Positions 13,191 through 28,107 of a DNA stretch of 64,000 nt are shown in pieces. The stretch lies in the NCBI GenBank assembly GCA_964016885.1, contig OZ024746.1, positions 16,864,001 to 16,928,000 on the forward strand, given 5' to 3'. How positions within the stretch are numbered: position 1 is the first letter of the stretch; each line of letters starts with the position of its first letter. The notes below the pieces were generated by a model. It did not search any database. It saw nothing but the letters and a program-made list of their open reading frames with translations, and was not told the origin of the DNA. Made by a program: the position numbers and the translations under genes. The stretch comes from Eledone cirrhosa (lineage: Eukaryota).

Positions 13191-13675
13191 CATTACGTAC
13201 AAGTTGGCACGCAGAACCAACACGTACGGACAAGAGAGAAGCATGTAATGAAGGTTTATTTATTCATTACGAAGCATATGTACTCTTATGAAATGGTCGG
13301 CTGCAGAAAAGTGGAGTCATTTCTTCTTTCTATTTGAAGTTCAATACGAGAAAAGCTATAAAAGAAAGACTGCCAATGCTTTTCCTACGAAATGCTTGCG
13401 ACAAGCAACTTTGCCGCTACCCTTGTAAAACTACTAATACTATTATTACAACAATCATGTTAAGAATTATTGATTATTTATGTCGATATTGGGCACCTGG
13501 AAACAAACACACATACACACACACACCCCCTTCGTTCTACCTCTATATTTTGTATCTTGTTTAAGAGAGAAATATTGCGATGTATGAAAAAATGTAAATT
13601 TATATTTGGTTTAGTTTTGACACCGAATAAAAATTCACATCGACGCAATGTGTGTGTTTAGATTCTCCAATTCTC

Positions 13676-13726
<51 letters not shown>

Positions 13727-15293
13727 TACAAACACACACATTGTATATATATATATATATATACATATATATATAATGCACACTGGTTTTTATTAATGTA
13801 TTAATTTTCTATGTGACTGACTTTAGAAGTAAAGGAAATGGAGGTTGTGAAAAGAAAAAAAATTCAAGGTTTAATGTCTGTAAAAATCACTGATTTTTCA
13901 TTCTTGTATTGACTCTAACATTGTGTACCCTTGTGGCCAATAAAATAATAATAATAACAATATTATTATTATTAATGATTGTTTAGTCTCTGTCGACAGA
14001 AGAAGCATACATCTTTTTTATCTCACCCACACAAACCCTTAAATCAACCAATAGATACATAGCAAGCTTTCATTCTTCCATCCCAGTGAAATCTATTTCA
14101 TACAATTGGTTCCAAAATATATCAATGCCAAAATTGATTAAACATAATACCTGGTTATTTGAAACCTCTCGTGTGTTACATAATATTATTAATAATAATA
14201 ATAATGGTGATAATACTAATATTTTCTTAATTTACCATGGGTGTACTGGGGAAAGAAGGAGGTTATAGTCATGAAAACAAGACATAATAATATAATTTAT
14301 TTATTGGCCACAAGGAACTATATATATGTATCATACAAAAGGGCCGAGAAAGCATGTAGATGTTCATATATAAGGTGTGAGGGCAAAAATGTAATATAAT
14401 ATATTAAAAAGTTAAAATTTGTCCTAAGCCTACAGATTTATCAGGTTGGTGCTTTCTCCTGCTGTCATTGGTGTACAAGACTATCCCCTGCCAATTAAGT
14501 TGACAGTACAAGACTATCCCCTGAATACGATGACAATACAAGACTAACCCCCCCTCCTCCTAATAAAATGGCAGTACAAGACTACACCTGAATAAGATGT
14601 CAGCCTGTCACAGGGTTATTCTTCAGCTGTTGCTGCTGCCTCTTTTTTGTGGTCTTGCTCAAAGACACAATGCGCTATCAAGTCTTGGAATCAAATCAAC
14701 TATCTTTCGACCATGAACCTAATGCTGTAATCATTATATACCTTCACTACAAAAAATCTAAAGTAGCTTAAATTTAGTAAACCAAGGTTGGCTCAGGCCA
14801 CTCCATCACATATATTACTGTCCTCCCTGATTACCTTCTGCTGCCAAGGTTTTCCAAATTTGCTTGTATATAAAAATTTTTGGGCTTGCCTCAGTTGGGA
14901 GAACTCCTATATTCCTTAGGTAGCTCTCCTATATAAACATCTTTGGCTTTACCTCAGTCGAGAGAACTCCTATTTTCTTTAGGTAGCTCTCCTTTAGCTG
15001 TTTATAGACTATTGATGACATTTTCCTTTTGTAGTTGTATGTGATATGATGGATGCTTCATCACTTTCATTGATGTCTGTTCCAGTTATTCAATCAACTG
15101 GATATCTGACTCATAAATTAATGTTTACACTTAATTTAATTCCCAAGCCAACCCAGCATGACGCAGTATATATATGACCTCCATTGGCTTATGTGGTTCT
15201 TGTTTCCCTGCTATTTGTTGCTATCACTGTTTTGGCTAGTACCTCTTCCTGATGCACCAGCAGACACTAATGATCAAGTGAAATTAATATTTA

Positions 15294-15296
<3 letters not shown>

Positions 15297-15352
<56 letters not shown>

Positions 15353-15389
15353 GATATATATCGATCAATATATAATATATATAATATAT

Positions 15390-15460
<71 letters not shown>

Positions 15461-15482
15461 TATATATAGAGAGAGAGAGAGA
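15297..15482. repeat. (TA)n/(GA)n microsatellite
   Basis: Direct reading. Confidence 0.9.
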
Positions 15483-16034
15483 ATGCCTAAGGACAAAGAT
15501 ATGGTCATTGATTAATTTGACCAATTGTTCTGAATCAACTGTACTAAACTGCTGATATTTATTTAATCAATTATTACTGTATTATCATTAACAATAGCCT
15601 TTCACCCTTCTGTAGTTAATAAAATAAAGTGCCAGTCAATGATTGGGATAAATATAATCGACTCCCCCTTCCCCTCAAATTGCTGGCCTTGTGCCACAAC
15701 AATATGTCTGGAAAGACTTCTTAAGGATCTACCATTTATCTGTTGTACAGTTCCATTCTATCTTTATAACTTTGGTTATAAGGATATTTCAGTCATTCTT
15801 CAATATTGATTTAACTACTGTAAAGGGATTAAGTGTATGTCAGTATCATGTTGATGATTGTCATCATTATGGTTTTTATATTCACCTTTCCATGCTGGCA
15901 TTAGTTGGGCAGGACTGGATGCCTTTCCCAACTCCAACCCTTTTAGTCACCTCTTTATGACATGCAGGTATATGGTGTGCTTATTCTAAAAACTGGAGTA
16001 CACATGGTGTCATGATGATGATACAAATATATGG

Positions 16035-16650
16035 TGATAATTTCTAACATAGGTATAAAGCCAGAAGATCTTGCAACAGGTACAGTTGATTAGATTAACC
16101 CTAGTAGTTAACTCGTATTTTATTTTTATCAACTACAGAATGATGAAAAGCAAAGTTGATTTTTCATGAGATTCGAATTCTGAAGGCAAGGTTCTCTATT
16201 GATTCTCCAACTTCTCTCATTTTTTAAAAAGAAAAAAAAAATTATTTCTAATTTAGCCACAAAGGCAACACTTTGTAGGGAGAGGAAAGTTGATTATATC
16301 AACCCGAATATTTGACTGTTACTTTATTTTATTGACCTTTGGAAAAGTGAAAGGCAAAGTTGACTTCAGTAGGATTTGACTTCAGAACATAATGTGCTGT
16401 AACTAAATGTTGCAAAACATTTTGTCCAATTCTCTGATGATTCTTCCATTGGTTTTGAATTTAAGCACAAGGCCAACAATTTAGGGAAGAGAAATGTATT
16501 GAAATTGATCCCAGTACTTGACTGGTACTTTATCTATTAACCCCCAGAAGGCTGAAAAGTAAAGTCTACTTTAGTGAGATTTAAACTTGGTGTGCAAAGG
16601 ACTGAAATAAATATCACAAAGCATTCTGTCCAATGCTAAAACAACCCTGG
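16035..16650 (-). mobile_element. Three old, degenerate Meta-domain SINE copies in tandem
   Basis: Repeated degenerate CTGGTACTTTATTTT..ACCC..GAAAGGCAAAGTTGAC..GGATTTGAACT motif. Confidence 0.6.
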
Positions 16651-16929
16651 CAACAGTAATTGTATGTTGGTGGTGATGTCTAATTAGTTAGTGGCAATGT
16701 TAATGAAGTGACAAGGGTTGGTGGGGTGTGCTGTAATGCCCCAGTTATTTTCAAAGTACTTTTAACTGACTGGAAAGTCTTGGAAAAAATTAATTTCTAA
16801 TTTATTCATGAAATAAAATGATGCCTTTAGGAAGGAAATGTCTTATCTTTAGATGAAATATATCTAATAGTATCACTGTTTGTTAGAAACACTTCAGAAG
16901 ATTTGCTTTCGCGTTCTTTCTTCTCACAT

Positions 16930-19900
16930 TCCATATCTTGCATTCTTTTCATCTCGCATTCCTTCCTCTCTCATTCTTCCCCTCTCATTCCTTCTCTTAT
17001 TCCTTCTCTCATTCTTTTTTTAATTCCTTCTCTTGCATTCCTTCCCTTGCATTCTTTCTCTCTCATTCCTTCTCTCATTCCTCCCCTCATTCTTTCTCTC
17101 TCATTCCTTCTCTCTCATTCTTTGTCTCTCATTTCTCCCCTCATTCTTTCTCTCTCATTCCTCCCCTTATTCTTTCTCTCTCATTCCTCCCCTTATTCTT
17201 TCTCTCTCATTCCTTCCCTTGCATTCTTTCTCTCTCATTCCTTCTCTCATTCTTTCTCTTTCATTCCCTCTCTCATTCCTCCCCTCATTCTTTCTCTCTC
17301 ATTTCTCCCCTCATTCTTTCTCTCTCATTCCTTCTCTCTCATTCCTTCTCTCTCATTCCTTCTCTCTCATTCCTTCTCTCTCATTCTTTCTCTCTCATTC
17401 CTTCCCTTGCATTCTTTCGCTCTCATTCCTCTCCCCTCATTCTTTTGCTCTCATTCCTCTCCCCTCATTCTTTTGCTCTCATTCCTCTCCCCTCATTCTT
17501 TCTCTCTCATTCCTTCTCTCTCATTCCCCCCCTTTCATTCTTTCTCTCACATTCCTCCCCTTTCATTCCTTCTCTCACATTCCTCCCCTTTCATTCCTTC
17601 TCTCACATTCCTCCCCTTTCATTCCTTCTCTCACATTCCTCCCCTTTCATTCCTTCTCTCTCATTCCTCCCCTCACATTCCTTCTCTCACATTCCTCCCC
17701 TTTCATTCCTTCTCTCACATTCCTCCCCTTTCATTTCTTCTCTCACATTCCTCCCATTTCATTCCTTCTCTCTCATTCCTTCTCTCTCATTCCTTCTCTC
17801 ACATTCCTCCCCTTTCATTCCTTCTCTCACATTCCTCCCCTTTCATTCCTTCTCTCACATTCCTCCCCTTTCATTCCTTCTCTCTCATTCCTCCCCTCAC
17901 ATTCCTTCTCTCACATTCCTCCCCTTTCATTTCTTCTCTCACATTCCTCCCATTTCATTCCTTCTCTCTCATTCCTTCTCTCTCATTCCTCCCCTTTCAT
18001 TTCTTCTCTCACATTCCTCCCATTTCATTCCTTCTCTCTCATTCCTTCTCTCTCATTCCTCCCCTTTCATTTCTTCTCTCACATTCCTGCCATTTCATTC
18101 CTTCTCTCTCATTCCTTCTCTCTCATTCCTCCCCTTTCATTTCTTCTCTCTCATTCCTCCCCTCACATTCCTTCTCTCACATTCCTCCCCTTTCATTTCT
18201 TCTCTCACATTCCTCCCATTTCATTCCTTCTCTCTCATTCCTTCTCTCACATTCCTCCCCTTTCATTCCTTCTCTCACATTCCTCCCCTTTCATTCCTTC
18301 TCTCACATTCCTCCCCTTTCATTCCTTCTCTCACATTCCTTCTCTCTCATTCCTTCTCTCTCATTCCTCCCCTCACATTCCTTCTCTCACATTCCTCCCC
18401 TTTCATTTCTTCTCTCACATTCCTCCCATTTCATTCCTTCTCTCTCATTCCTTCTCTCTCATTCCTCCCCTTTCATTTCTTCTCTCACATTCCTCCCATT
18501 TCATTCCTTCTCTCTCATTCCTTCTCTCTCATTCCTCCCCTTTCATTTCTTCTCTCACATTCCTCCCATTTCATTTCTTCTCTCACATTCCTCCCATTTC
18601 ATTCCTTCTCTCTCATTCCTTCTCTCTCATTCCTCCCCTTTCATTTCTTCTCTCTCATTCCTCCCCTCACATTCCTTCTCTCACATTCCTCCCCTTTCAT
18701 TTCTTCTCTCACATTCCTCCCATTTCATTCCTTCTCTCTCATTCCTTCTCTCTCATTCCTCCCCTCACATTCCTTCTCTCACATTCCTCCCATTTCATTT
18801 CTTCTCTCACATTCCTCCCATTTCATTCCTTCTCTCTCATTCCTTCTCTCTCATTCCTCCCCTCACATTCCTTCTCTCACATTCCTCCCCTTTCATTTCT
18901 TCTCTCACATTCCTCCCATTTCATTCCTTCTCTCTCATTCCTTCTCTCTCATTCCTCCCCTCACATTCCTTCTCTCACATTCCTCCCCTTTCATTTCTTC
19001 TCTCACATTCCTCCCATTTCATTCCTTCTCTCTCATTCCTTCTCTCTCATTCCTCCCCTTTCATTCCTCCCCTCACATTCCTCCCCTCTCATTCCTTCTC
19101 TCACATTCCTCCCCTCTCATTCCTTCTCTCACATTCCTCCCCTCTCATTCCTTCTCTCACATTCCTCCCCTTTCATTTCTTCTCTCACATTCCTCCCCTT
19201 TCATTCCTTCTCTCACATTCCTCCCCTTTCATTCCTCCCCTTTCATTCCTTCTCTCACATTCCTCCCCTTTCATTCCTTCTCTCACATTCCTCCCCTTTC
19301 ATTCCTTCTCACATTCCTCCCCTTTCATTCCTCCCCTTTCATTCCTTCTCTCACATTCCTCCCCTTTCATTCCTCCCCTTTCATTCCTTCTCTCACATTC
19401 CTCCCCTTTCATTCCTCCCCTTTCATTCCTTCTCTCTCATTCCTCCCCTCACATTCCTTCTCTCACATTCCTCCCCTTTCATTTCTTCTCTCACATTCCT
19501 CCCATTTCATTCCTTCTCTCTCATTCCTTCTCTCTCATTCCTTCTCTCACATTCCTCCCCTTTCATTCCTTCTCTCACATTCCTTCCCTTTCATTCCTTC
19601 TCTCAATTCCTTCCCTTTCATTTCTTCTCTCAATTCCTTCCCTTTCATTCCTTCTCTCACATTCCTCCCCTTTCATTCCTTCTCTCACATTCCTCCCCTC
19701 TCATTCCTCCCCTCTCATTCCTCCCCTCATATTCCTCCCCTCTCATTCCTCCCCTCACATTCCTCCCCTCTCATTCCTTCTCTCACATTCCTCCCCTTTC
19801 ATTCCTTCTCTCACATTCCTCCCCTCTCATTCCTCCCATTTCATTCCTTCTCTCTCATTCCTTCTCTCTCATTCCTTCTCTCTCATTCCTTCTCTCTCAT

Positions 19901-22280
19901 TCCTTCTCTCACATTCCTCCCCTTTCATTCCTTCTCTCACATTCCTCCCCTTTCATTCCTTCTCTCACATTCCTCCCCTTTCATTCCTCCCCTCACATTC
20001 CTTCTCTCACATTCCACCCCTCTCATTCCTTCTCTCACATTCCTCCCCTTTCATTCCTTCTCTCACATTCCTCCCCTTTCATTCCTTCTCTCTCATTCCT
20101 CCCCTTTCATTCCTTCTCTCACATTCCTTCCCTTTCATTCCTTCTCTCAATTCCTTCCCTTTCATTCCTTCTCTCACATTCCTCCCCTTTCATTTCTTCT
20201 CTCACATTCCTCCCCTTTCATTCCTTCTCTCTCATTCCTCCCCTTTCATTCCTTCTCTCACATTCCTCCCTTCACATTCCTCCCCTTTCATTCCTTCTCT
20301 CTCATTCGTCCCCTTTCATTCCTCCCCTTTCATTCCTTCTCTCTCATTCCTCCCCTCACATTCCTTCTCTCACATTCCTCCCCTTTCATTCCTTCTCTCA
20401 CATTCCTCCCCTTTCATTTCTTCTCTCACATTCCTCCCATTTCATTCCTTCTCTCTCATTCCTTCTCTCTCATTCCTTCTCTCACATTCCTCCCCTTTCA
20501 TTCCTTCTCTCACATTCCTCCCCTTTCATTCCTTCTCTCACATTCCTCCCCTTTCATTCCTTCTCTCTCATTCCTCCCCTTTCATTCCTTCTCTCACATT
20601 CCTCCCCTTTCATTTCTTCTCTCACATTCCTCCCATTTCATTCCTTCTCTCTCATTCCTTCTCTCTCATTCCTCCCCTTTCATTTCTTCTCTCACATTCC
20701 TCCCATTTCATTCCTTCTCTCTCATTCCTTCTCTCTCATTCCTCCCCTTTCATTTCTTCTCTCACATTCCTCCCCTTTCATTCCTTCTCTCACATTCCTC
20801 CCCTTTCATTCCTCCCCTTTCATTCCTTCTCTCACATTCCTCCCCTTTCATTCCTTCTCTCACATTCCTCCCCTTTCATTCCTTCTCTCACATTCCTCCC
20901 CTTTCATTCCTTCTCACATTCCTCCCCTTTCATTCCTCCCCTTTCATTCCTTCTCTCACATTCCTCCCCTTTCATTCCTCCCCTTTCATTCCTTCTCTCA
21001 CATTCCTCCCCTTTCATTCCTCCCCTTTCATTCCTTCTCTCTCATTCCTCCCCTCACATTCCTTCTCTCACATTCCTCCCCTTTCATTTCTTCTCTCACA
21101 TTCCTCCCATTTCATTCCTTCTCTCTCATTCCTTCTCTCTCATTCCTTCTCTCTCATTCCTTCTCTCACATTCCTCCCCTTTCATTCCTTCTCTCACATT
21201 CCTTCCCTTTCATTCCTTCTCTCAATTCCTTCCCTTTCATTCCTTCTCTCAATTCCTTCCCTTTCATTCCTTCTCTCACATTCCTCCCCTTTCATTCCTT
21301 CTCTCACATTCCTCCCCTCTCATTCCTCCCCTCTCATTCCTCCCCTCACATTCCTCCCCTCTCATTCCTCCCCTCACATTCCTCCCCTCTCATTCCTTCT
21401 CTCACATTCCTCCCCTTTCATTCCTTCTCTCACATTCCTCCCCTCTCATTCCTCCCATTTCATTCCTTCTCTCTCATTCCTTCTCTCTCATTCCTTCTCT
21501 CACATTCCTCCCCTTTCATTCCTTCTCTCACATTCCTCCCCTTTCATTCCTTCTCTCACATTCCTCCCCTTTCATTCCTCCCCTCACATTCCTCCCCTCT
21601 CATTCCTTCTCTCACATTCCTCCCCTCTCATTCCTTCTCTCACATTCCTCCCCTTTCATTCCTTCTCTCACATTCCTCCCCTTTCATTCCTTCTCTCTCA
21701 TTCCTCCCCTTTCATTCCTTCTCTCACATTCCTTCCCTTTCATTCCTTCTCTCAATTCCTTCCCTTTCATTCCTTCTCTCACATTCCTCCCCTTTCATTT
21801 CTTCTCTCACATTCCTCCCCTTTCATTCCTTCTCTCTCATTCCTCCCCTTTCATTCCTTCTCTCTCATTCCTCCCCTTTCATTCCTTCTCTCACATTCCT
21901 CCCTTCACATTCCTCCCCTTTCATTCCTTCTCTCTCATTCCTCCCCTTTCATTCCTCCCCTTTCATTCCTTCTCTCACATTCCTCCCCTTTCATTCCTTC
22001 TCTCACATTCCTCCCCTTTCATTCCTTCTCTCACATTCCTTCCCTTTCATTCCTTCTCTCAATTCCTTCCCTTTCATTCCTTCTCTCACCTTCCTCCCCT
22101 TTCATTCCTTCTCTCACATTCCTCCCCTTTCATTCCTTCTCTCACATTCCTCCCCTTTCATTCCTTCTCTCACATTCCTCCCCTTTCATTCCTTCTCTCT
22201 CATTCCTCCCCTTTCATTCCTCCCTTCACATTCCTCCCCTCACATTCCCGCCTCACATTCCCGCCTCACATTCTTCCCCT
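16930..22280. repeat. Polypyrimidine satellite of ~14-bp units (CATTCCTTCTCTCW / CATTCCTCCCCTTT variants)
   Basis: About 5.4 kb, almost G-free on the + strand; three overlapping ~1800-aa artefact ORFs. Confidence 0.95.
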
Positions 22281-22464
22281 TATGTTCCTCTCTTATATTC
22301 CTTTCTCCTTGTCTTTTTCCTCTTACATTCCTTTTCCTTCACGCCCCCTCCCCTCGACCCCACAATGGCAATGATGGGGTGGGGCGAAGTATCCCTGGTT
22401 ATTGGTTGTGAGTTATTCCTGGAGTTGTAAAAATGACACATGATCTGTCTGCCATGTGGAAAAC

Positions 22465-23070
22465 AAAACAATGGTTTCAAATTAAGGCAGAAGGCTATTG
22501 ATTTATAGGAGGAGGGAAAATCAGTTAATTCGAACTCAGTATTTGACTGGTTCTTTTTATTGACTCTCAAAGGATGAAAAGCAAAGTTGACTTGAGTGGG
22601 ATTTGAACTGAAAATATAAAGATCCAGAATGAATATTGCAATACATTTTGTCTGACCCACTAATAATTCTGCCAATCCACCACACCTAATAGTAATGATT
22701 TTTAATTTAGGCACATGGCCAGCAATTTGTGTGAGTGTTTATGGGGGTCGATTATCTTGACTCCAGTAGTTTACTGGTACTTTGTTTCATTAACCCTAGA
22801 AAGGTGAAATGCAAAGTTGCCGTTGGTAGGATTTGAACTGAGAATGTAAAGAGCCAGAACAAATATTGCAAAGCATTTATCTGACACTCTAATGACTCTG
22901 AACAATAATAATAATAATAATTGTTTCTACTTTTGGCACAAGGCCAGCAATTACCCCAGTACATCATTTTATCGGCCCCTTAAGGATGAAAGGCAAAGTT
23001 AACCTAGGCAGGATTTTGAACTCAGAATGCAAAGGGCCATAACTATGCTGCAAAGCATGGTGTCTGGCGC
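22465..23070 (-). mobile_element. Three tandem Meta-domain SINE copies
   Basis: Same A/B-box and Meta core; youngest copy at 22917-23070. Confidence 0.7.
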
Positions 23071-23114
23071 TCTACTGATGCTGCCAAACCATAAAAATAA
23101 CAATAATAATAAAA

Positions 23115-23580
23115 TAATATTGGCTTCTTTTGCCTCAGTCGTCAGTGGTAGAGATAGTATTCCTACCATTCTCCACAAAAGAAATAGTAATAGTCATATA
23201 ACCACTTCAGTTGGAAACAACACATGGATGTTTTCAAATTCTCATTCTCCATTATATTTTTCTGGGAAGAAGTCGTTATTTCTGAGGTGTAGTTCCCAGA
23301 CCAAATCTATAAATTCCTTTTTGAATCAGAAAGCAGACAAGTTGAATGGTAATTCTGAAATCTTAACTCGCCTTCTCTCTCTTCTAAGAAGAGGTGGTGT
23401 AGTAAGGGGTTGTAGTATGATGGTGAAACACCTCCTCCACCTCACACCCCAAACCTGAACTTGTTCATTTTTATGATCTACTATGTAAGTACTAATCAAT
23501 AACACTTCTGCTGTCTTCACTGCTATATCAGTACTTATCTCTTGTATTATATCCACTTCTAAATCTCAAATGGATTGCTA
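23115..23580 (-). mobile_element. Possible highly decayed LINE endonuclease-region fragment
   Basis: Frameshifted minus-strand translation gives YSSEDSRSVID..., EEVFHHH..., DFRI..., reminiscent of the APE C-terminal 'S..IDY..EE..H..DF' motifs. Confidence 0.25.
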
Positions 23581-23867
23581 CTGCTGTTCTTCTTGTTGTT
23601 GTTATTATTAGCACTTTAGATAGAATGCCATGTGGCATACAGTTCCAGCCATGTGGTGTATAGTTACAGCAATGTGGCATACAATTACAACTACTTATAT
23701 TCTAAGATCAAATCCTGCCAAAGTCAACTTTGTGTTTCATCAACTGGGTGTTAATAAAATAAAATACCAGTGAAATACTGGGTCCAATTTAATGGGTTAT
23801 CTCCCCCTCCAAACTCAAATTTCTTCCTTTGTGTCTAAATTTAGAAACCATTATTATTATTATTATA

Positions 23868-24190
23868 AGGGTCGGACGCCATGCTCTGACGCATAGAGTT
23901 ACGGCTCTTGCCATTCTGAGTTCAAATCCCGCTGAGGTTAACTTTGCCTTTCAACCTTACGGGGTCGATAAAATAAAGTACCAGTAATGCACTGGGTAAT
24001 TGCTGGCCTTGTGCCAAAAGTAGAAACAATTATTATTTTCTAAATTCAAATCCTGTCAAGGTTAGATTTGCCTTTCATCCTGATGGGGTCAATAAATAAA
24101 GCACCAGTAATGCACTGGGGATTGATTTAATTTACTTTTCCCTCCCCCTGAATTGCCGGCCTTGTGCCTAAAGTAAAAACAATTATTATT
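23868..24190 (+). mobile_element. Two 5'-truncated Meta-domain SINE copies in tandem
   Basis: B-box TTCAAATCC, Meta core and GTGCCAAAAGTAGAAACAATTATT 3' end. Confidence 0.8.
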
Positions 24191-26517
24191 GTATCTCGGA
24201 TTGGAATAAGCCAGACAAAGTGCCTTGCAGTATTTGTTCAGATGTTCTAACATTTCCACCAATCCATCACCCTTGACTGGTACTTTATTTTATCAACCCT
24301 GAAAGGTCGTCCTGTACTCTAATAATTCTGCCTATTTGCCACCAACATCTCTTGTTCATTCCTAGATATGATACAACAAAGTGCCAACCTCTCATCTCAA
24401 GTCCCTTTCCATATTGACTTAGTGGTATTGACACCATCTAATAAAATTGTTTTACAGAACAATAAAATATTTAAAAAATGGATAGCCGAATGGTCAAGAA
24501 GTTTGCTTCACAATCATAAGGTTTGGGTTTTGATTGCACTGCATGACCTCTTGGACAAGTGCCATTTACCATTAAAAAAACTACAGCTATCACTCATAAT
24601 CAAATATGACTTGGTAGTGTGTCCTGTGCATATTTTAAGAGTTTTAGGTGCCCGTGCAGTCATGAGCAGACAGAGATACTCTTATCAAAAGCAAAGTGAA
24701 CCTCGGTGAGATTTGAAATCAGAATGCAGAGACTCTATACAAATATCTAACACTTTAACAACTCTGCCAGATTAACTGCCTTAGACATCTACCACAGCCT
24801 CAGGTTTATTGAAGTCATGTCAGTGAAAGTAGGTAGATGGAAACTGTTTGGAAGCCCATTAGATAGATTGTACCTGTAATTCAGAGGACCAACCTTGTGA
24901 TGCACTCTGTTGCAGTGAGTCTTTCTCTGAGAATTACATTAAATATACATGGATCTGTAGAATACACAACCAGTTATGTTAATTTAAGGAATAGACTATT
25001 CTGTTGACCAAACAACTGCTGGAACACTGATTATCGAAACCGATGGACGTCCATTTATCTATTTCAGAATAGTGAAGTAAAATTTGAAACAGTCACAATT
25101 AGTGTTAGAACTCATTCAAAATCTAATTACACTTAATTTAACAAAATTGATGAATCTGGACTTTGTGATATCAGTTTTTCAGTCTGATAGTAATTTAACG
25201 GTAGTTTTTAGATTCTACATTTAGTAACTATTTATCAGTAAAGTTAATTGAACTTAATTGATAGATTTCAATCGGGGATACCTATTTTATTTTTTATTTT
25301 AAAGTCTGCTAGTCTAACTATTTCTCTTTAAATGTCTACATATCTGACATTTTAAGATAATTAAGCATTCAGTGCATTCTGTAAAGTGGTTGGTGTTAGG
25401 GAGGACATCCATCTGTAGAAACCATAACAATCTTTGATTGTGACAACCCATCCAACTGATACCAACATGGTATCAGTTGTAAAATGATGAAGGTGGTAAT
25501 TAACCTTGATTTTTAGAGTCCATATTCACAATATTTATGCCTATTTATTCTGTTTTTTTTTTTACTGTTTTGTCAAGGAGGGTAGAACAATGTCCATGGC
25601 AGTTTTCAGGACCTCCAAGATTAGTGTGTGTGTGTATGGGAGCTGACTTTTTATTTGGAAACTTTGTCCAAATACTTGCAACAGAGTGGACTCTGTTAAA
25701 GGAACCCAAAGGCTACATAGACTCAATCTGCCATCCATGCAGGCCAGAGACAGTGAAATGCACACATCCACCATTCTTACATCGATGTTGAGGTAGCTGT
25801 GACACAATCACACCTTAAGACTAAATATACATAGACATATTGTATATGAGTTTATACTTACCTTTACATGCGATAGTCATGAGTACTTTTGTCTCATTTG
25901 TGCACCTAATGGTCTCACTTTCTTCTAAACCTATCTATTTAACCAATACCCTTTATTTTGTTATTTTTAGATTTTATAAATTCATTTTTATCAAATTTAT
26001 AATTTTACAAATTTTTAATACAGTTAATCCCCTTGAGTAGCAGATTTAGGGACCACTGTTTACCTAATTTCACTTACAAAGCTTGAGTCAACCTTGAGTT
26101 GCCCAAGATGCCACACATTAAGATCAAACCCAGGACCTTATTATTGCAATATAAACATCTTAACCATTCAACTATGCTGTGTCAACTGCAAGGCTGGACT
26201 TTCACCTGCTGAGGCCCCTGAGGTTGTATGACCCTAAGATATAGCACTTATTTAGCTTATAGTTAAGTCCAGCACTTGTCTACTGTTACAACCAGATAAG
26301 ATATACTTTTGTAGAACACACATACACTAGCTCTCTTCTGCTTGTAACTCAAAATATGTGTTGCAGTGTATGCCTGCACACAATTGCTGGCATGCATGCA
26401 CATATGTATTGCAACCTTTTACTGTTGCAGATGTATAGACATTTTTACATACCAAGTGACAATTCTATATCATACACATACATGAATGCATGTTCTCTCT
26501 CTCTATATATGTGTGTG

Positions 26518-26558
<41 letters not shown>

Positions 26559-27217
26559 CACACACACATACATACACACACACACATACATACATACAAA
26601 CACACTCATACAAAAAATGCATAGTGTACACAAAATTTCAAAACATATTTTTACACAAATAAACATTTCTACACATTCACAGTCTAAACAAAATCTAAAC
26701 ACGCACATATACATACATGCATGCACATGATGATGAATGCTGGTATATACTGCACATTTTCACATAGGAGATCATAAGCAAACATACGCGCATGCCTATA
26801 TATATACACACACAGACATTCGCTGACGCACATTTATATTTAACACTTATACACTTATTACTGCAGAGCTTTCTAGTACGACATTTATATTTAATTTATA
26901 CTTCTTCAAATAGCTATTTTTTATATTTATATTGTTGCATTTTATCTATTTATTTATTTATTACTCAAGCTTCTGCCAATTAAAACCCTTTTTCTGCTCA
27001 TGTTTTTGATGGGGGCAGGGGGTATTTTTTCCTGTTTGTTAAGGTTGTGATTTAACACACTCACACACACACACACACAGAAATAAATGTCTCTACATTT
27101 GTTTGATATGCTAGAAATATCTACCACCTCTCCGATAAATCATAGCCTGCAGGATTAAAAAAAGAAGACACATTTGATAATGTAGTTTTAGATATACTGA
27201 CTTTGAACTAAATATGA

Positions 27218-27345
27218 ACACCACCACCATCTTCATCACTACCACTAACACCACCACTCCCATTACCATCACTTTCACCACCACCACCACCACCATTACC
27301 ACCAGCAGCACCACCACTACCACCACCTTTACCACCACCACCACT
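27218..27345. repeat. (ACC/ACT)n trinucleotide microsatellite
   Basis: Direct reading. Confidence 0.9.
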
Positions 27346-28107
27346 ATCTCTAGACCAGCCAAATCCTTCCCAAATCACATTTTGCAATTTAAAACCCCAA
27401 AAGTGGTGGGAGACATTAGATAATGTCTCTAAATACACAGTCTGGAATGCCTTTGATTGTAGGTCTGTTTTGATCTGGAGAGACCTGAGGCTAAACAACA
27501 ACTTGCATTAGATATGATTTCTAATACTGGCATTAAGATTTAATGGAGCCAATCCCTCTTCAGACTTCGACTGGAAGTTGCAAGTGCAAAGTGGAAATAT
27601 TTAAATGATAGAATTTTGTTTTATATACGTTTTTCCATGCTTGCATGGGTTGGGTGAAGCCCTGGAGCTTATCCCAGTTTCACAGAGGTTAATTGACAGA
27701 ATATGAAACTTCCCTCCTGGATGGTACATTAGTCTGTTGCAAAACTCACTCCCAGCTGTCACTAATTCTCATTTTTAGCTCAGGACTTAATCCCCCAAAA
27801 CAAGAGTAGTACCAGAAATGTCTGTTTAAAGTTTACTAGATGTGTGATGCTAAAAGATTAATAAAAAATGTCATTTCATATAATTGTAAATGATAGGAAT
27901 ATTTTTCAGATCTTCTCAAGAAAGTTAAACTGCCACTGTTTTTTTTTAGGTGTTGTACTAGAATTGTATGTCACTACCAAATGAAATTAAGACTGGTTGT
28001 TAATGTTTGTATTCTATGCCAATTCATTCAATTTCTGAACATGCATGACTACCATTAAAATTGTGTCAGCTGACAGAGTTGTTTGTCACCATCATACATC
28101 CGGTTTC

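Noticed and set aside
14472-14995. Short tandem repeats (~33-bp x4 and ~63-bp x2)
   Set aside because: Ordinary local slippage duplications with no spacer or structural pattern
16903-22430. Three ~1800-aa S/L/F/P/H ORFs
   Set aside because: All three frames are open because the pyrimidine satellite contains no stop codons
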